DNA of 64,000 nucleotides from Plasmodiophora brassicae (GCA_036867785.1 CP145416.1:124001-188000), one strand, 5' to 3'; positions 24,993 to 37,345 are shown, counted from the stretch's first letter. Notes: generated by a model from the sequence alone, not told the origin. Numbers and translations: made by a program.

Positions 24993-25137
24993 GTCGACCC
25001 AACGATGTCAAACTGTGGCGCCCGAAGCCACTGACGGCGGAGTCCGCCACGGACTTACGCGGCGCGATCTTAGGGCGCCGCGCATATAATACGTCTTCCT
25101 GCAGGGCGCGCTCTACGAATGATAGTACGGTGTCGGT

Positions 25138-26060
25138 TTATTGGCCCGGCGTGGCGAGGCACAGTTCGCGTCGGATGGCCTCGACCTGCCCGACGCCCTC
25201 CTCGTGCTGTCGCGATAACAGCTCCAGCTCGCGGGGCAGTGACGACGCGTGTGCATGCCCCGACGTCGTCGTTGGCTTCGGTACCGCTGCCGGTCGCTGT
25301 GCCGGCGCTCTTGGCACCGGGATCGTGGCGGCGAACTCCAGCGCCTGGCATTGTCGCCCAATAAATGACGGGCCCATCGGAATTGGTGAAACACGGTCAG
25401 GGACGACGTACGCGTTGCCTGGCGGACCGCTGGGTGGCGGTCGGTTTCTTCGGTTCTCGCGCGTGCGGCTGCCGATCCTGCGCCCGCCTCAGATTCTTCA
25501 GGTTGATCAGCCGCTGCTGCCTGGCGAATTCCTGCATGCGGAAGTTCGCCATGCGCTTGCGGATCAGGTCCTCGCTGTCCAGGTCCGGGCCCAGCTTGCC
25601 CAGCTCGACCTTCTCCGGCAGCCTCCGGTAATCCCGAATCCCATACGGCCTGTACGACGCCGTCTTCCTTCGCGCCGGCTTCGCTGGCGTCTGCGCTCCG
25701 TCGACCGGGCCGTCGGGTTCCGACAATCCATCGTCCACCTGCTCGTCGTGATGCTGACGGGCCTCCCGTGCGACGTACGTTGCCGCCTCTCGCTTGATCT
25801 GCGCCACCGTCGGCTTGGTCGCCACGGGTGTCGGCGCGCTTCTCAAATACGTTCGTCTATCCACAGCCGGTCGGGCGGGTGCGGGTGCTGGAGCGGGCGC
25901 GGGTGCACCTAACGAATGCAGTCGTCGTCGTCGTCGTCGCTCCAGGCGATGGTTCGCCGGTGGGCTTGAGAGCACGGCCGGCTGGCTGTCGACCCGGATA
26001 TGCCCGCCCGTCCTGGTCACGAGCGACAGGCGCCCCTTGAACTGCCGGCAGATCAGTCAT
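25138..26060 (-). CDS. JHY-like ciliary protein, multi-exon; 5' end uncertain
   Basis: YRPYGIRDYRRL...LGKLGPD...RMQEFARQ, then ALEFAATIPVP...LELLSRQHEE, matching my recollection of the Jhy C-terminal motifs. Confidence 0.65.
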
Positions 26061-26200
26061 GATATACGGCAGCGCCCCTAACAATCCGGCCGACGTACGC
26101 GTTCGTGAAAGGCGGACGGCGACGTCGCCGCCGTCATCGCCTCGTGCCTATCGATAACGATCGATCCCGGGGCGGGTACGCCCGGCGACTCGAAGTCGGT

Positions 26201-27550
26201 TTAAATATGTTTCGACTCCCAGACGAGAACTTCGTTCAGGGCGGAGACCCAGGTGTCGCGCTCCCTGGCCGTGGCCGTCTCGAACAGAAACGTCGTGCCG
26301 CGCCTGGTCTTGATGGCGAACATCAACGCGTGCTGCTGGGCGCCGGCCTCCACGCTGACTATGTTCTTGAACCGGATCGTCTTCCTGCGTTTCGTCAGCA
26401 GGGCGCCGCTCTCCACGACGACGACCCGCTTGCCGAGGTTCATGTGCACGCGTTTCCGCCTCGGCCCCGACTCCTTGTGCAGTACGAACTGGTGCTGGAC
26501 GCCGTCGATCAGCCCGGCCGCCTGCTCCACCACCACCGTGGACGCGGCCTGCTGCTCCTGGCCGTCGTCGACGGCGTCCCCATCGTTCTCGTCGTCATCG
26601 TCATCATCATCGGAACTGTCGACATCGTCCGTTTTACCGAGTCGCTGGTCGCTGAGCGATTTGGCCGTCAGCCTGAGGTCCTGCGAAAGCGTCTCCCGCG
26701 ACTTGTCCACGTCCTCGTTCGTCACGTGCAGCGACATGGTCTCGAAGGCGGGCGCCGGATCCGGCGGGAACATCGCCGCGATGCCTTTGGCGCTTGGCAC
26801 CAACGGCGACGGCGGTTCCGTCGTCGTGCCTGCTGGCGACGGTATTCGTGTCGAAGGTAACTGGGTCTCCGCGCCCTTGGACCCGCATTCCGATTCGGGA
26901 ATCGTCGCCATGGTGTCGAGCGTGCGGTCGCTGGCCGATTCGTTGGACCCATCGAACGAGGGCGGCGCCGACAGCAGCGTTCGCGAATTGCCGGAAACGG
27001 CGTGGTAGCCGAGAAAATCGCTCAGGGACACGGTACCGCGATTCGCGGCGTCCTGCTCGCTGATCGTCTCGATGTTCCTGGCGCACGCGTCCTGCACGAG
27101 CCTGACGACGGCGTCGCGCAAGTCGGCATCGTCGGCGAACACGCGTCTGCATTCGGACAGGTACCGCTGCGTTCGTTTGGTGTAGAACGCGTGGATGTTC
27201 TCCGGCGTCAGGTGCCCAGACACGGCGCCCATCGCCTCGAACTCCTGCTCGAGCGGCGCCCGCTGCGACGAGGTGAGCTTCAGCGCCGCCCTATGCCGCC
27301 GATCCTCAAAGATGACGCGGAACGCGACCGCCTTTGTCGCCTGGAGCGCCTTCATCGCGACGACGCCGCCGTCGAACAGCACCACGGGGCGGTGCTCATC
27401 GTCGTCCGGCTGCAGGCCGAGCAGCCGCAGGTGGGCAACCTGCGTCGTCGTGAAGCGCAGGCCAGCGACGATGTCGCTTTCCAGGACGCTGGCGCCGACC
27501 GGCCGCACCGTGCATCGTTTCGTCCCAAGGCGCACTTCCACGGCCGCCAT
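26201..27550 (-). CDS. Hypothetical protein with a C-terminal PH-like domain
   Basis: 449-aa ORF ending in FAIKTRRGTTFLFETATARERDTWVSALNEV, a typical PH terminal helix. Confidence 0.7.
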   Translation of the reverse strand: MAAVEVRLGTKRCTVRPVGASVLESDIVAGLRFTTTQVAHLRLLGLQPDDDEHRPVVLFDGGVVAMKALQATKAVAFRVIFEDRRHRAALKLTSSQRAPLEQEFEAMGAVSGHLTPENIHAFYTKRTQRYLSECRRVFADDADLRDAVVRLVQDACARNIETISEQDAANRGTVSLSDFLGYHAVSGNSRTLLSAPPSFDGSNESASDRTLDTMATIPESECGSKGAETQLPSTRIPSPAGTTTEPPSPLVPSAKGIAAMFPPDPAPAFETMSLHVTNEDVDKSRETLSQDLRLTAKSLSDQRLGKTDDVDSSDDDDDDDENDGDAVDDGQEQQAASTVVVEQAAGLIDGVQHQFVLHKESGPRRKRVHMNLGKRVVVVESGALLTKRRKTIRFKNIVSVEAGAQQHALMFAIKTRRGTTFLFETATARERDTWVSALNEVLVWESKHI

Positions 27551-27696
27551 GCCGCCTGAACGCGTCCCCGTTCAGTAATATCTTCCCGATCGGTCCCGGT
27601 TACGCCACGTATATGGCCGGGCGCCCTAATCTGCAAGTCCGCCACGGAGTCCGTCGGTAGTTCCCGCGCGCCACATCGCCAGCATTGTCCTTGACG

Positions 27697-28193
27697 ATGG
27701 GGTATGTCGTGCGTGGGATCTGTGTGAAGGCGATCGCCGCTGACATCGGGTTGTCTGTCTGTGTAGTAAGCCTCGCGGTATCCGCTGTGCCCGTAAGCTC
27801 GTCGCCCGGCGCCGCCAGCACCGATGGGCGCAGAAGTCGTACAAGAAGTCGCATCTGGGCACGGCGCTGAAGGCGAACCCGTTCATGGGCGCGTCGCACG
27901 CCAAGGGCATCGTCCTGGAGAAGATCGGCATTGAGGCCAAGCAGCCGAACTCGGCCATCCGGAAGTGTGTCCGTGTCCAGCTGATCAAGAACGGGAAGAA
28001 GATCGCCGCATTCGTCCCGCGTGACGGTTGTCTGAACTTCGTCGACGAGAACGACGAGGTCCTCGTCGCCGGGTTCGGTCGTAAGGGTCACGCCGTCGGT
28101 GATATCCCCGGTGTGCGGTTCAAGATCGTCAAGGTCGCCGGTGTGTCCCTGAAGGCGCTGTACCTCGAGAAGAAGGACAAGCCGCGTTCGTAA
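27697..28193 (+). CDS. RPS23: 40S ribosomal protein S23 (uS12); intron 27702-27766
   Basis: [12 protein letters not shown]...[37 protein letters not shown]. Confidence 0.97.
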
Positions 28194-28254
28194 TCGTTCG
28201 CGCCCGCGGCGACACGGTACCATAAATCGAATCCAATGTCTAGCAAGCTCCCGT

Positions 28255-28936
28255 TTATAAGATGTTGCACCGTCTGGCCTTCGCCTTGGGGTTTCGCGCG
28301 GCACGAATCGCGCTGAGGAACACCTGGTCCAGGCCCGTCATCGTCTTGGCGGACGTCTCGATGTAGTCGTACGCCTCGATGCGTCTCGCCAGCGCTCTGC
28401 CCTCGGCCTCGCTGATGAGCTTCAGGTGCGGCTGCGACCGGCAATCGACCTTGGTCGCCACCAACACGATGGGCACCTTCGGGGCGTGCATCTTCAGCTC
28501 CGGGATCCTGCGAACCGATCAGTCGTCATACGCGCGCGGCAACGATGAATGTCGTGCGACGACGGCGGTACGACCATCGCTGCGTGATGTTCTCGAACGA
28601 CGGGTGGCTGGCGACGGAGAAGCAGAGGATGAAGCAGTCGGTGCTGTTATACGACAGCGGTCGCAGCTGGTCGAAGTCCTCCTGCCCGGCCGTATCCGTC
28701 AGGATGACGTGGGTCTTGACCCCGTTGACGTTGACGTCAGTCTCATAGCTGTCGAACATGGTCGGCGTGTAATCCTGCGGGAACGTGTTGGTCGTGTCTG
28801 TGTGGGGGCAGCGCGAGCCGTCAGGGACGCGCGTGCACGAGGGACGCGCAGGTGGGACGGCACACCGACATGTAATCAGCATGCACGTCTTGCCAACGGT
28901 GCCGTCGCCGACGGCCGTCAGCTTGTACGACTCCAT
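28255..28936 (-). CDS. Rho/Rac family small GTPase, 2 introns
   Basis: GDGTVGKTC, YTPTMFD, DTAGQEDFDQLRPLSY, TKVD, ETSAK and CaaX CNIL. Confidence 0.93.
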
Positions 28937-29504
28937 TCGGCGGCACTAGTCGTCGTCGATGACACGTGTGACGGGCCGATGATGGATGCCGCGGCGCAGG
29001 CGCGCACTGAACGTTGCGAGGCGACCCCATCTCCGCTCGCTGACCGGATAGGGGTCGGTACGCGCCGAGAACTTCCCATCCAGGCCGACTAACTCACAGC
29101 AATGCACGACGGTGGGACGCCCGTTTGAGACCACAGCGCCATGCTGCTGGGAAACGATGTCTCGGTATAATGCTGGCGGTGTTGGACGTTTCTGAGACAC
29201 AGAAACCGGGTCTCCCCTGCGCATGCGTACCATAAGACGGTCGACCTTCGCGCATTAGGGCAGGCGCCCATATACATCCCCCCACGCAATCCGGAACAGC
29301 ACGCATGGCCCGGGTAAATATCGCCAACATTGCGCGAGGCTTGCCTGCGTCCGCCGCCGTTCATCGTACATGCCGCAATTACGTCTGCAACGTCTGGGGA
29401 GGTGTACGTTGGGAGAGCAGGTGGCCGATTACGACATGCGATCCGGTAACCGCGCGCACACGTTGATCGGCAATCACGCCCGCCAGCGTGCAGCCGTATC
29501 GCCG

Positions 29505-30715
29505 ATGGGTACGCTCCTGGTCGCCCTTCTCCACGTTGCTCTCGTCGATGCGACCAGGATCATCTGTACTCTCGACGGCGGTAAACACGACTACGATGCA
29601 GCACAGCTCATGCAGCACTCCTGGACGGTCCAGCGCAAGATCCAAGTTGGTGGCGCCAGTTGCATTGAGCTTCCAGTCACCAGTTTCCAGTTACGTGCCG
29701 CTATCGCGTTTGCCGACGCATTCCCACGTCCTGATGGTTACCAGGTATGCCAGCGGAATCCGTCGCCCACAGGTGATGAACGTTCTTCCGTCAACAGTTT
29801 TTTGGCCCTGTATACGGCGCCAGCTCATTCATCTTGAAGCGATGTGCCCAGGGTTACAACGTTTTGGAGCAACTCGTTCTAGCCGCCGACCACCTTGAGA
29901 TGCGGTCTCTTATGGTCGCCATCGGCTGGGCGATGCGGCGTGACAGTGAGCCTTTCTTTCGCGTCTTGTCGTTGAATCAGCACCGACAAGCCTGCCGCTT
30001 CATTTCGGGCATCAACCGGCTGCAAGAGGTGGCTGGGAACAGCCAGCCCCGCATCTTGCTGGCCATGCAGATCAGCCTCCTGTTCGTTGTCCGCCGCCCC
30101 GATCCGGCGCTCGCTTTCTTAACGAACACGCCATGGAACGTTAACGGAGGCTTCGTCAACGTCCTGGAATTCGCCGCTGATACTGGTGAAGCAGACATTG
30201 TAGAGGTGGTCCTGAATCTGCCAGCTGGGGTCGACGCAAACAGTCAATACGATCCAGCACTGCTCGAGACGCCACTGCTGCTCGCCGTCAGGCGTGGCCA
30301 TACAGCCATTGTCAGGATGCTGTTGGAATATCGCGGTCGTGAGGCCGGCAGTCCGTTGAACCATCGCGTCAATGCCAACGCCATGTTTGGCCCGGATCTA
30401 CAGACGCCACTTTCAATCGCGGCGGCGAACGGCCACGTTGAAATCGTTCAGGCGCTTCTGCAGGTCGCTGATATCAACGTCGGCAAGCGCACCTGCTACC
30501 CTAACGGCTCGAGGTGGTGGACGCCTTTGCACTGGGCCGCGTCTGAAGGACACCTCGACGTCGTCCAGGTGCTGCTGACTGACGGCCGCTCCGATATCAA
30601 CGCAGGAGATGAGCACCGGCATACGCCGCTGAGGCTGGCTATGCTTAACGGACACCTTCCGGTTGTTCTGCTGCTACAATCATTGGATGCCGGCCGGCTC
30701 GAAAGCGTCCCTTGA
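29505..30715 (+). CDS. Secreted SKP1/BTB-like + ankyrin-repeat protein, copy 1; intron 29746-29797
   Basis: MGTLLVALLHVALVDA signal-like peptide; IICTLDG...HSWTVQ...IELPVTSFQL; LVLAADHLEMRSL; ankyrin repeats (TPLSIAAANGH, TPLHWAASEGH). Confidence 0.85.
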
Positions 30716-30992
30716 TTGGAAGGTATTACATTTGCAATACACAACTGACCGAGTCTCTGATTCCAAGTGTGGCCTCGATCGTCTGGTCGAAGCTATATGG
30801 TTTCCTGGCGCCGGAGCCGCCGATGCCAGTCGGCATTGCAAGAAATTACATATCCTGCGGAAAATTGGTTGCAGGACGTGTGCGCCATTAATGCCAGACA
30901 GTCCATTCGGGATCGGAGTCTCATGCATCGGACCTGCACACTTTCTGCAATGTCGCGACACATTCTGCATCGACCCCTAACAACCCCTGGTT

Positions 30993-31205
30993 TGCAGTGT
31001 GACTGCAGATGACGTTTCTGCAGTTTGCATCCATCCCCTCGTATGTAGCGGCCTCCCAATACGGCCTTCTGAGTATGTAGCGTAATACACTTCACTTATC
31101 GTTTCGGTGTTGTACGTCGACATCGCGTTCGTCGTCCACCTGACGCCTAGGGCTTGTCACATCGTAGTTGAAGGCCGCAGAAACGTCACCTGCAGTCACT
31201 CTGCA
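30993..31205. repeat. 29-bp inverted repeat pair (27/29 match) in a CTGCAG-rich intergenic tract
   Basis: TGCAGTGTGACTGCAGATGACGTTTCTGC (30993-31021) versus GCAGAAACGTCACCTGCAGTCACTCTGCA (31177-31205). Confidence 0.75.
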
Positions 31206-31531
31206 TCTCGAAGGCGATGCAGGCAGGCTGCATAATATGGCGCTTCTGCAGTCTTTCTGTGTCCTGAAGGGAATGCGAGCAGCTGGCTGCAGAAACCTCC
31301 ATCTGCATCCACCTGCAGCAGGCCTGCAGTCACTTCGATCACATCCGATCTGACGCCTCGCAACAGCGCTGTTAACTGTATGATCCTCATCATAGGTGCA
31401 GCTATGCTGACATACGATGCGAACGACATTGGTAGACTGGGCCGGATGCAGTATCACAGACCTGTAGAATATTGCAATGGTTTGAATTGGTGAGGCAACG
31501 TTTATGCAGAACAACGGTCAAGAGCGTGACG

Positions 31532-33550
31532 TCAAGGAACAGCAAGGCCTTCCGGCAGTGGGACGCAGCTAACATAACGTTGTTTGTTTGAAATAAACCG
31601 AGCGAACCCGACTAACTTCAGGCCTGCATTATAGATGGGGGTTCCACATATGCCTTCTAACAATAAGGCATCGAGAATCCCGGGCGGGATGCATCTTTTT
31701 ACATGGAATCGAAAGGTGACGGGGTGCCCCGGCACCTGGAATTTGCCTACATATTCCAAAGCCAAAAGCTTCCCCACCGGGCATGCGTCGAACCGCGCGA
31801 AGAAAATGTTGTCGCGTCGTAGATGTTCATCTTTTCTGGAGTGCATTCCGATAACGACGTTGGAATATATGACGTCCTTGCTGACAGTCAGCAAGGATAC
31901 GTCGAACCGGTTGGCGATACAGTCGATGCCGTTGAATACTCTCGACACATCGTCGAATACTTGTGCCACAGTTCCGAACTCTTGGGTCTCTACGCAGTGG
32001 TACACTTTCGTGCCGATCAATCGACTCGCACGTTGCGTCGGAAGCGTGACAAGAAACTTCAGGCGCTTGAGGTATGCTTTCCATCGGCTTAGATACGGGA
32101 AGCTCTCGTAAAGTATGTGAGTGGGGACGGTAAGATATTGTGCGCCGTTCCAGCTGCACATGATGCCGGACGACGCGGCTGGCCGGCAGAATCGGGATGA
32201 GCGGACCACAGCACCAGGGCTGAGATGTGGCCATCGGTTGTGGGCAGATACAAATGAAGCCTGGTGTAATGCCCCGTGGGACAAAGGCTCCTCGGCCTCC
32301 AACCGTACACGCAGACCAGCGATTCTGTGAGGGTATTGGAAACTGTGGACGAGAACATCTGGTACCACACCGAGCCATATCTCCGTGCGCGTGCAAGTGA
32401 CCGACTGAACCCACGGGAAGGCTTTGGCGATAGTCGCAGCCTGCGACTCCGACACGCAAGGAAATAGCTCCTCGTCTGCATTAAATGGGTCGGCTGCAGT
32501 ATGACCTGCTCGGTGCTGTGGCTCCAGCCTAGAATCGAACACAGAAGCGCTTTGGCAATGAATACGGAATGAAAGGCCGCCCACGACGCTAAACGAGTAC
32601 CCGAAATCGTCAAATTGTTCCACCGTCGCGTGCAAGTAATCGCCGTCTGTTTCAAACACTGGCCTAACACCGAGACGCATGCTGTGGAGCATTTGCACAG
32701 TTACTGTCTGCAGCGATCTGCCAATGTAAATACCGTCCAAAGGATCCCGGTAATGACGAACAATGTCATCCGTCGGGTACTCGCTGGGCGGGTAAAACCG
32801 CATTAGGCGCCGGCGTTCACTGGGAAGAACGGCCATATGTGGCAGCATGATTAGTGCTGTGGGAACGGGACTGGGTACATAGAGGTCGTCCAGTGCAACA
32901 TTGATTCGGTCGACATCCACAGATGCCCTCAGCGAACATCGAGCACTAGTCAGAGACACGATTGCATCAGCCTGACGGCCAAGACCAAGATATAGGTCTG
33001 CAAGCAGCAACGCAACGGCCAAGGTTTCATGCGCGTGCTCGGGCCCCAGAGTTTGCGCGCTCTGCAACGACTTCAGCCGGAGTCCATGGTCATCGACCAG
33101 CTCAGAGTGGACAATTAAATACTCGACCGTTTCGATCGGGTACTTCCAGGAGGCAAACAGAGAAAGAAGATCGGATCGGCATGACCCCCGCCAAACTTGC
33201 TGCAGAATGGCCCGAAGAAACAGACTTTGAGAGCCGAATATATCTTGCGCCGAGATATCCAGAGGAGCCAGAGGGATAGCTGTTGGCAATGAGCCGCAGA
33301 CGTCGTCGTCGCCGGTGTGGTCGCGAAAATGATGAGCTAGATCTTTCGGCAAGAACGATTGGCGGCAATAGCTGCACGGAACGGGGCAAGCAGGTCGATG
33401 CACGCTATACTCCGGCAGCGCGAACATTCGGAAACAACCGCGACAGACGGCCGACCTTGCGGGGCACGACGTCTCCTGGTGTTGGAGCAGGGAGACCATG
33501 TCCAATGATCGACCGCATTTGCACTCGACCGGCAGGAGCTCGTCAAACAT
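31532..33550 (-). CDS. Intronless protein with N-terminal TRAF-type zinc fingers and a C-terminal trypsin-like peptidase domain
   Basis: CKCG..HQETSCP..CRGC..H..C..CSYC..HH..H at the N-terminus; SSGI..YLTVPTH, FDVSLL and EGICGTPI..LVGF at the C-terminus. Confidence 0.6.
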   Translation of the reverse strand: MFDELLPVECKCGRSLDMVSLLQHQETSCPARSAVCRGCFRMFALPEYSVHRPACPVPCSYCRQSFLPKDLAHHFRDHTGDDDVCGSLPTAIPLAPLDISAQDIFGSQSLFLRAILQQVWRGSCRSDLLSLFASWKYPIETVEYLIVHSELVDDHGLRLKSLQSAQTLGPEHAHETLAVALLLADLYLGLGRQADAIVSLTSARCSLRASVDVDRINVALDDLYVPSPVPTALIMLPHMAVLPSERRRLMRFYPPSEYPTDDIVRHYRDPLDGIYIGRSLQTVTVQMLHSMRLGVRPVFETDGDYLHATVEQFDDFGYSFSVVGGLSFRIHCQSASVFDSRLEPQHRAGHTAADPFNADEELFPCVSESQAATIAKAFPWVQSVTCTRTEIWLGVVPDVLVHSFQYPHRIAGLRVRLEAEEPLSHGALHQASFVSAHNRWPHLSPGAVVRSSRFCRPAASSGIMCSWNGAQYLTVPTHILYESFPYLSRWKAYLKRLKFLVTLPTQRASRLIGTKVYHCVETQEFGTVAQVFDDVSRVFNGIDCIANRFDVSLLTVSKDVIYSNVVIGMHSRKDEHLRRDNIFFARFDACPVGKLLALEYVGKFQVPGHPVTFRFHVKRCIPPGILDALLLEGICGTPIYNAGLKLVGFARFISNKQRYVSCVPLPEGLAVP

Positions 33551-33810
33551 CGGCAAGGGTTGCTCGGCCGATGGTGCACCTGAGATGAGAGTGGCGGGGC
33601 CGAGCCGCGGAACCGGGGCCTACGGGATGGGTTGCGACTTGCGACTTGCGACTTGCGTGCGCAACATTACAGGGACTGCGTGGGTGCGCCGACGTGTCTG
33701 ACGCAATTATACGGTGCTGCATTTCGTCTGCCACGCTCGAGGAGGGCACTCACATCGAGGGGACCCAGCGACCAAACGACATCTCAATATCCGCCTACCG
33801 CGCGCCCGAC

Positions 33811-35074
33811 ATGTCCATCGGCAATCGCTCCCGCCTCGCTGCCGTATCGCCGATCAGTATGCTCGCGATCGCCCTTCTCCACACTGCAACCGTCGATGCG
33901 ACCCGGATCATCTGTACCGCCGACGGCGGCGCTACGCACGACTACGATACAGCACAGTTTGCGCAGCACTCCTCGACGGTCCAGCGAATGATGGTCCAAG
34001 CTGGCGGCCCCGATTGCGTTGAGCTTCCAGTCACCAGTCAGGAGTTACAACTCGCCATCGGTTTTGCCGACAATTTCCCTCTGCCTGAAGCAGCTCACCA
34101 GGTAACGTCAGCGGAAACGAAGTGTTTCCATTCCGTACTGGTGATGACTGTTCAGCTCTCAATTACAGATTCCTCGCTGTCGTGACGGCGCCGGCCACTT
34201 CATCAAGAGGCGATTTGGCACTCTGAGGAGCACGCTTTTGGAACAATTCATCCTAGCTGCTGCTCTCCTTGAGATGCGATCTCTTATGGTTGCCATCGGT
34301 TGGGCGATTGAAAGCCACTCGACGCAACATCTTGAAGTTGTGTTGGCGAACCGGGACCTACAGGCCTGCCGTTTCATTCGGGGTATCTTCCGGCTTCGAC
34401 ACTCGGCTGCGACCAACAGACGCCGCTTGAATGTGGCCAGGCGGATCAGCCTCCTGTTCGCTTTTCCGCACGGCGCCGATGCGGATCTTCCCTCCCTAAC
34501 GGACACGGCATGGAACGCTAACGACGGCGAAAACGCTCTGCAATTCGCCGCCGCTACTGGTGAGGCAGACATTGTAGAAGTGCTCCTGCAAATCCCTGGC
34601 CTCGACGTCAACGGCCAATTATACGGTTCAGTGTTTGCGCTGGTTGAGCCGCCGCTGCTCCTCGCCGTCAGGGGTGGCCATACAGCCATCGTCAGGATGC
34701 TATTGCAATTTCGCGGGAATGAGGCCAATCGGATGAACCAGCGCGTCAATGCCAACGTCACGTCTCGCTTGAAACGAGAGACGCCACTATCAATCGCGGC
34801 AGCGAACGGCCATGTTGAAATCGTTCAGGCGCTTCTGCAGGTCGCTGCTATCGACGTCCACGCGCGCACCTGCTATCCCGACGGCTCGAAGTGGTGGACG
34901 CCTTTGCACTGGGCCGCCTCTGACGGGCACGACAGCGTCGTCTGGGTGCTGCTGAATGACGGCCGGTCCGAAATCAACGCACTCGATGAGCATGGGCATA
35001 CTCCGCTTACGCTGGCTATGCAATACGGACGCATTGCGGTTGCTCTGCTGCTGCAGTCAAACGGTGGCCAATAA
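33811..35074 (+). CDS. Secreted SKP1/BTB-like + ankyrin-repeat protein, copy 2
   Basis: MLAIALLHTATVDA; phase-0 intron after AAHQ; LEQFILAAALLEMRSL; about 5 ankyrin repeats. Confidence 0.87.
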
Positions 35075-35344
35075 GCGTCAACTGTTCGGCAGGCAGCACA
35101 CTTTATTCAATACACAGCTGGCCGAGGTTCGGATCCCAAGGGTGACGCGTCTGGTCGAAGCTATGAGGTTTAATTTCCTGCCGGATCGAGACTGTAGCGG
35201 TGCGGTTCACCGGTTACGAAGTCGGCCACGTGATCGGACCGTCCAAGAGGGTCGTCGCGGGAAGCTCTCGACGCCGTCGACGCCCAGGAAGGGTCGGCGC
35301 CAGATGTGCGATTCAGGCCAACGAGGGTGGGAACTCGCGCCGAT

Positions 35345-35557
35345 TCAATTGTACACCACCTTTCGAGCGATGACGACCCAGTTGGTCCTGTCGAACCGCT
35401 CGGACACGATGTGCAGGTCGGGGACCTCGGCGATCAGGTCAGCGAGTTCGCCGCCTGCGTAGACGTGTCAGAACCGCTGGACGACATCCTGGTTGCCGTC
35501 GGCGGCGAACCGCCGCGTTCTCGTCCACGGCACGAATCAGTCCCGGTCGGTGAACCG
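35345..35557 (-). pseudogene. Duplicated 3' fragment of ALKBH8
   Basis: Matches 39181-39393 (VPWTRTRRF...GGELADLIAEVPDL...NWVVIARK) but lacks all upstream ALKBH8 sequence. Confidence 0.85.
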
Positions 35558-37240
35558 TTGCCTTATATGCGCAAGATGCCGATGCCCAGCAAGCATCTTC
35601 CCGATCTTCCCGAACGTGTGCACAACGCCAAAGCTCGCCAATAAGGTGAGTGCTTCGTGTGATGTGCGGGGAGGGGGGGGGGCAACGTAGGGACTTGTTA
35701 ACCACCGTCAGTACTTCGAATATCGCGGTCGACGCTTACTTGAGTGTGGTGGTGTCCGCTGTCGCGATTCTGCAGCTTCACAAACTGTTCGTCAGCAGCT
35801 CCATGGCGTCCCGCTGAACCGGAGTTGGTCATTGTGTGGGATGCGGTAGGTGCCTTGCTGCGTTGGGACGTCGGTGTTGCGTGTCGCGTCAGACGCCGGT
35901 TCATCGGGACGTCGTCGCGCGCAGAGCTGCTGACGAACAGCCTGTGAGGCTGAAGAACGGCGAAACGGACACCAACCTACTGTAAGTAAGGAAATTCTGT
36001 GTTTAATCGTAATGAATAAAAGCTAGGCGTCGCCCGGAGTCGCTGTTATGCGGCGCCGGATCGTCAGCGATCGCCGGTCGCCCGAGCAGGTGATGGTACG
36101 CACTGCGCCGGCTGTGCTCGGTTCACGCTGCGGGCGTATGCGCCGCAGCGCTGGCTTAATTGCATTGCCGGTTGGTGCCGTGCTGCGTCGGGTCGGGTGC
36201 ACTGTCACAGGGGGAGTGGGTACCCGACCGCGGCGCAGTACGGCTGAGGTTGAGGAGCGAGGGGGAAGGTCTTGATGGCGACGGCGCGTGCTCAGCGGTG
36301 CAGCGCTGGCGGCAGCACGATTACAGTGCGTGCCAGCGCGGGCTGGCTCCCCCGGGTGACGGCTGGTCTTGCGCGTGGCCATGTTCGTCGGCGGCGTGGG
36401 ACTCGTCCCTGTGATGGGCGGCTGACGGTCCGGCTCCACGCGGGGGACGGGCTCGGCCGCGACAGTTGAGACGAGCAGCAGGAGAAATGCGGCAGGCACC
36501 AGACTCAGCAGCAAGTCGACACGGCGGTCTGGTTCGTGCTGGACGTGCTCGACGACGGCCTCGGCGGCGGGGACGGGGACGGCGGCGGCTTGGTTGTCCG
36601 GCTCGTCCTGCAGGCCGGGCTCGATGAACGCGATGCAGTGCGGTCCGGCCAGTGACGCGACGCCTGGGCCGAAATCGACAACGGCGCCCCATGCAGGCAC
36701 TTGGCGACGGTTGCCGGGATCGCCGTACCCAGCACGTGCATCTACCGGCGCTGGCGGTCAGACAACCTGAAGGTCGGATCCCGCCAGGTCGGCATGATGC
36801 AGGGCACCGTCGTCGAGTCGGCCGCCTCAGGTTCATGTCGCAGTAAAATGTCGTATTCTTGGAACTGGAGCGCGAGGTAGTCGAAGGCATCGCGGTAGTC
36901 GGCCCGCTCCGGGTGCATTAGCCGAATTCGCCAGTCGATCAGCGGGTGCAGCAAGCGCATGGGCTCGACGCAACCCGCCAGGGCGCGCTCGGTCGTGTCG
37001 AACCCTTCTGGCTGTCCAGGAGGATCGTCGTGACCGGCTGCTTCAGCCGTCGGTATTTGTCGATCAGCTCGCTGGCGACCAAGAATCGAAATTCAGTACG
37101 GGCCGTGGTTCATCCACGTTGACGTCATGAAGGACAACGGCGAAGCACCACGCCAGGCCACGTCGCCGACCCCGCAACATCGACGCCGGACACCAGCCGA
37201 GCTTCGCAGCAAATTTCCGGACGCTCTGCGTCTGACCCAA

Positions 37241-37345
37241 TACCGGTTTCGCTACCAGTTGTACCAGTTGCGCGTACCAGTTGTACCAGTGTTGCGACCA
37301 GTTGTACCAGTTTTGTGACCAGGTGCACCAGTTGCACCAGTTTTG
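37241..37345. repeat. Degenerate minisatellite of about 9-12-bp ACCAGTTG(T) units
   Basis: About ten copies of TACCAGTTG/ACCAGTT variants. Confidence 0.85.

Larger units (their letters stand above)
33698..35557. repeat. Segmental duplication (about 1.86 kb) of 37521-39393
   Basis: Near-identical sequence from CTGACGC..ATACGGTGCTGCATTTCG to CCCGGTCGGTGAACCG in both places. Confidence 0.92.

Noticed and set aside
37241-37345. CRISPR-like array
   Set aside because: Units are short and adjacent with no unique spacers; eukaryotic context; no cas genes.
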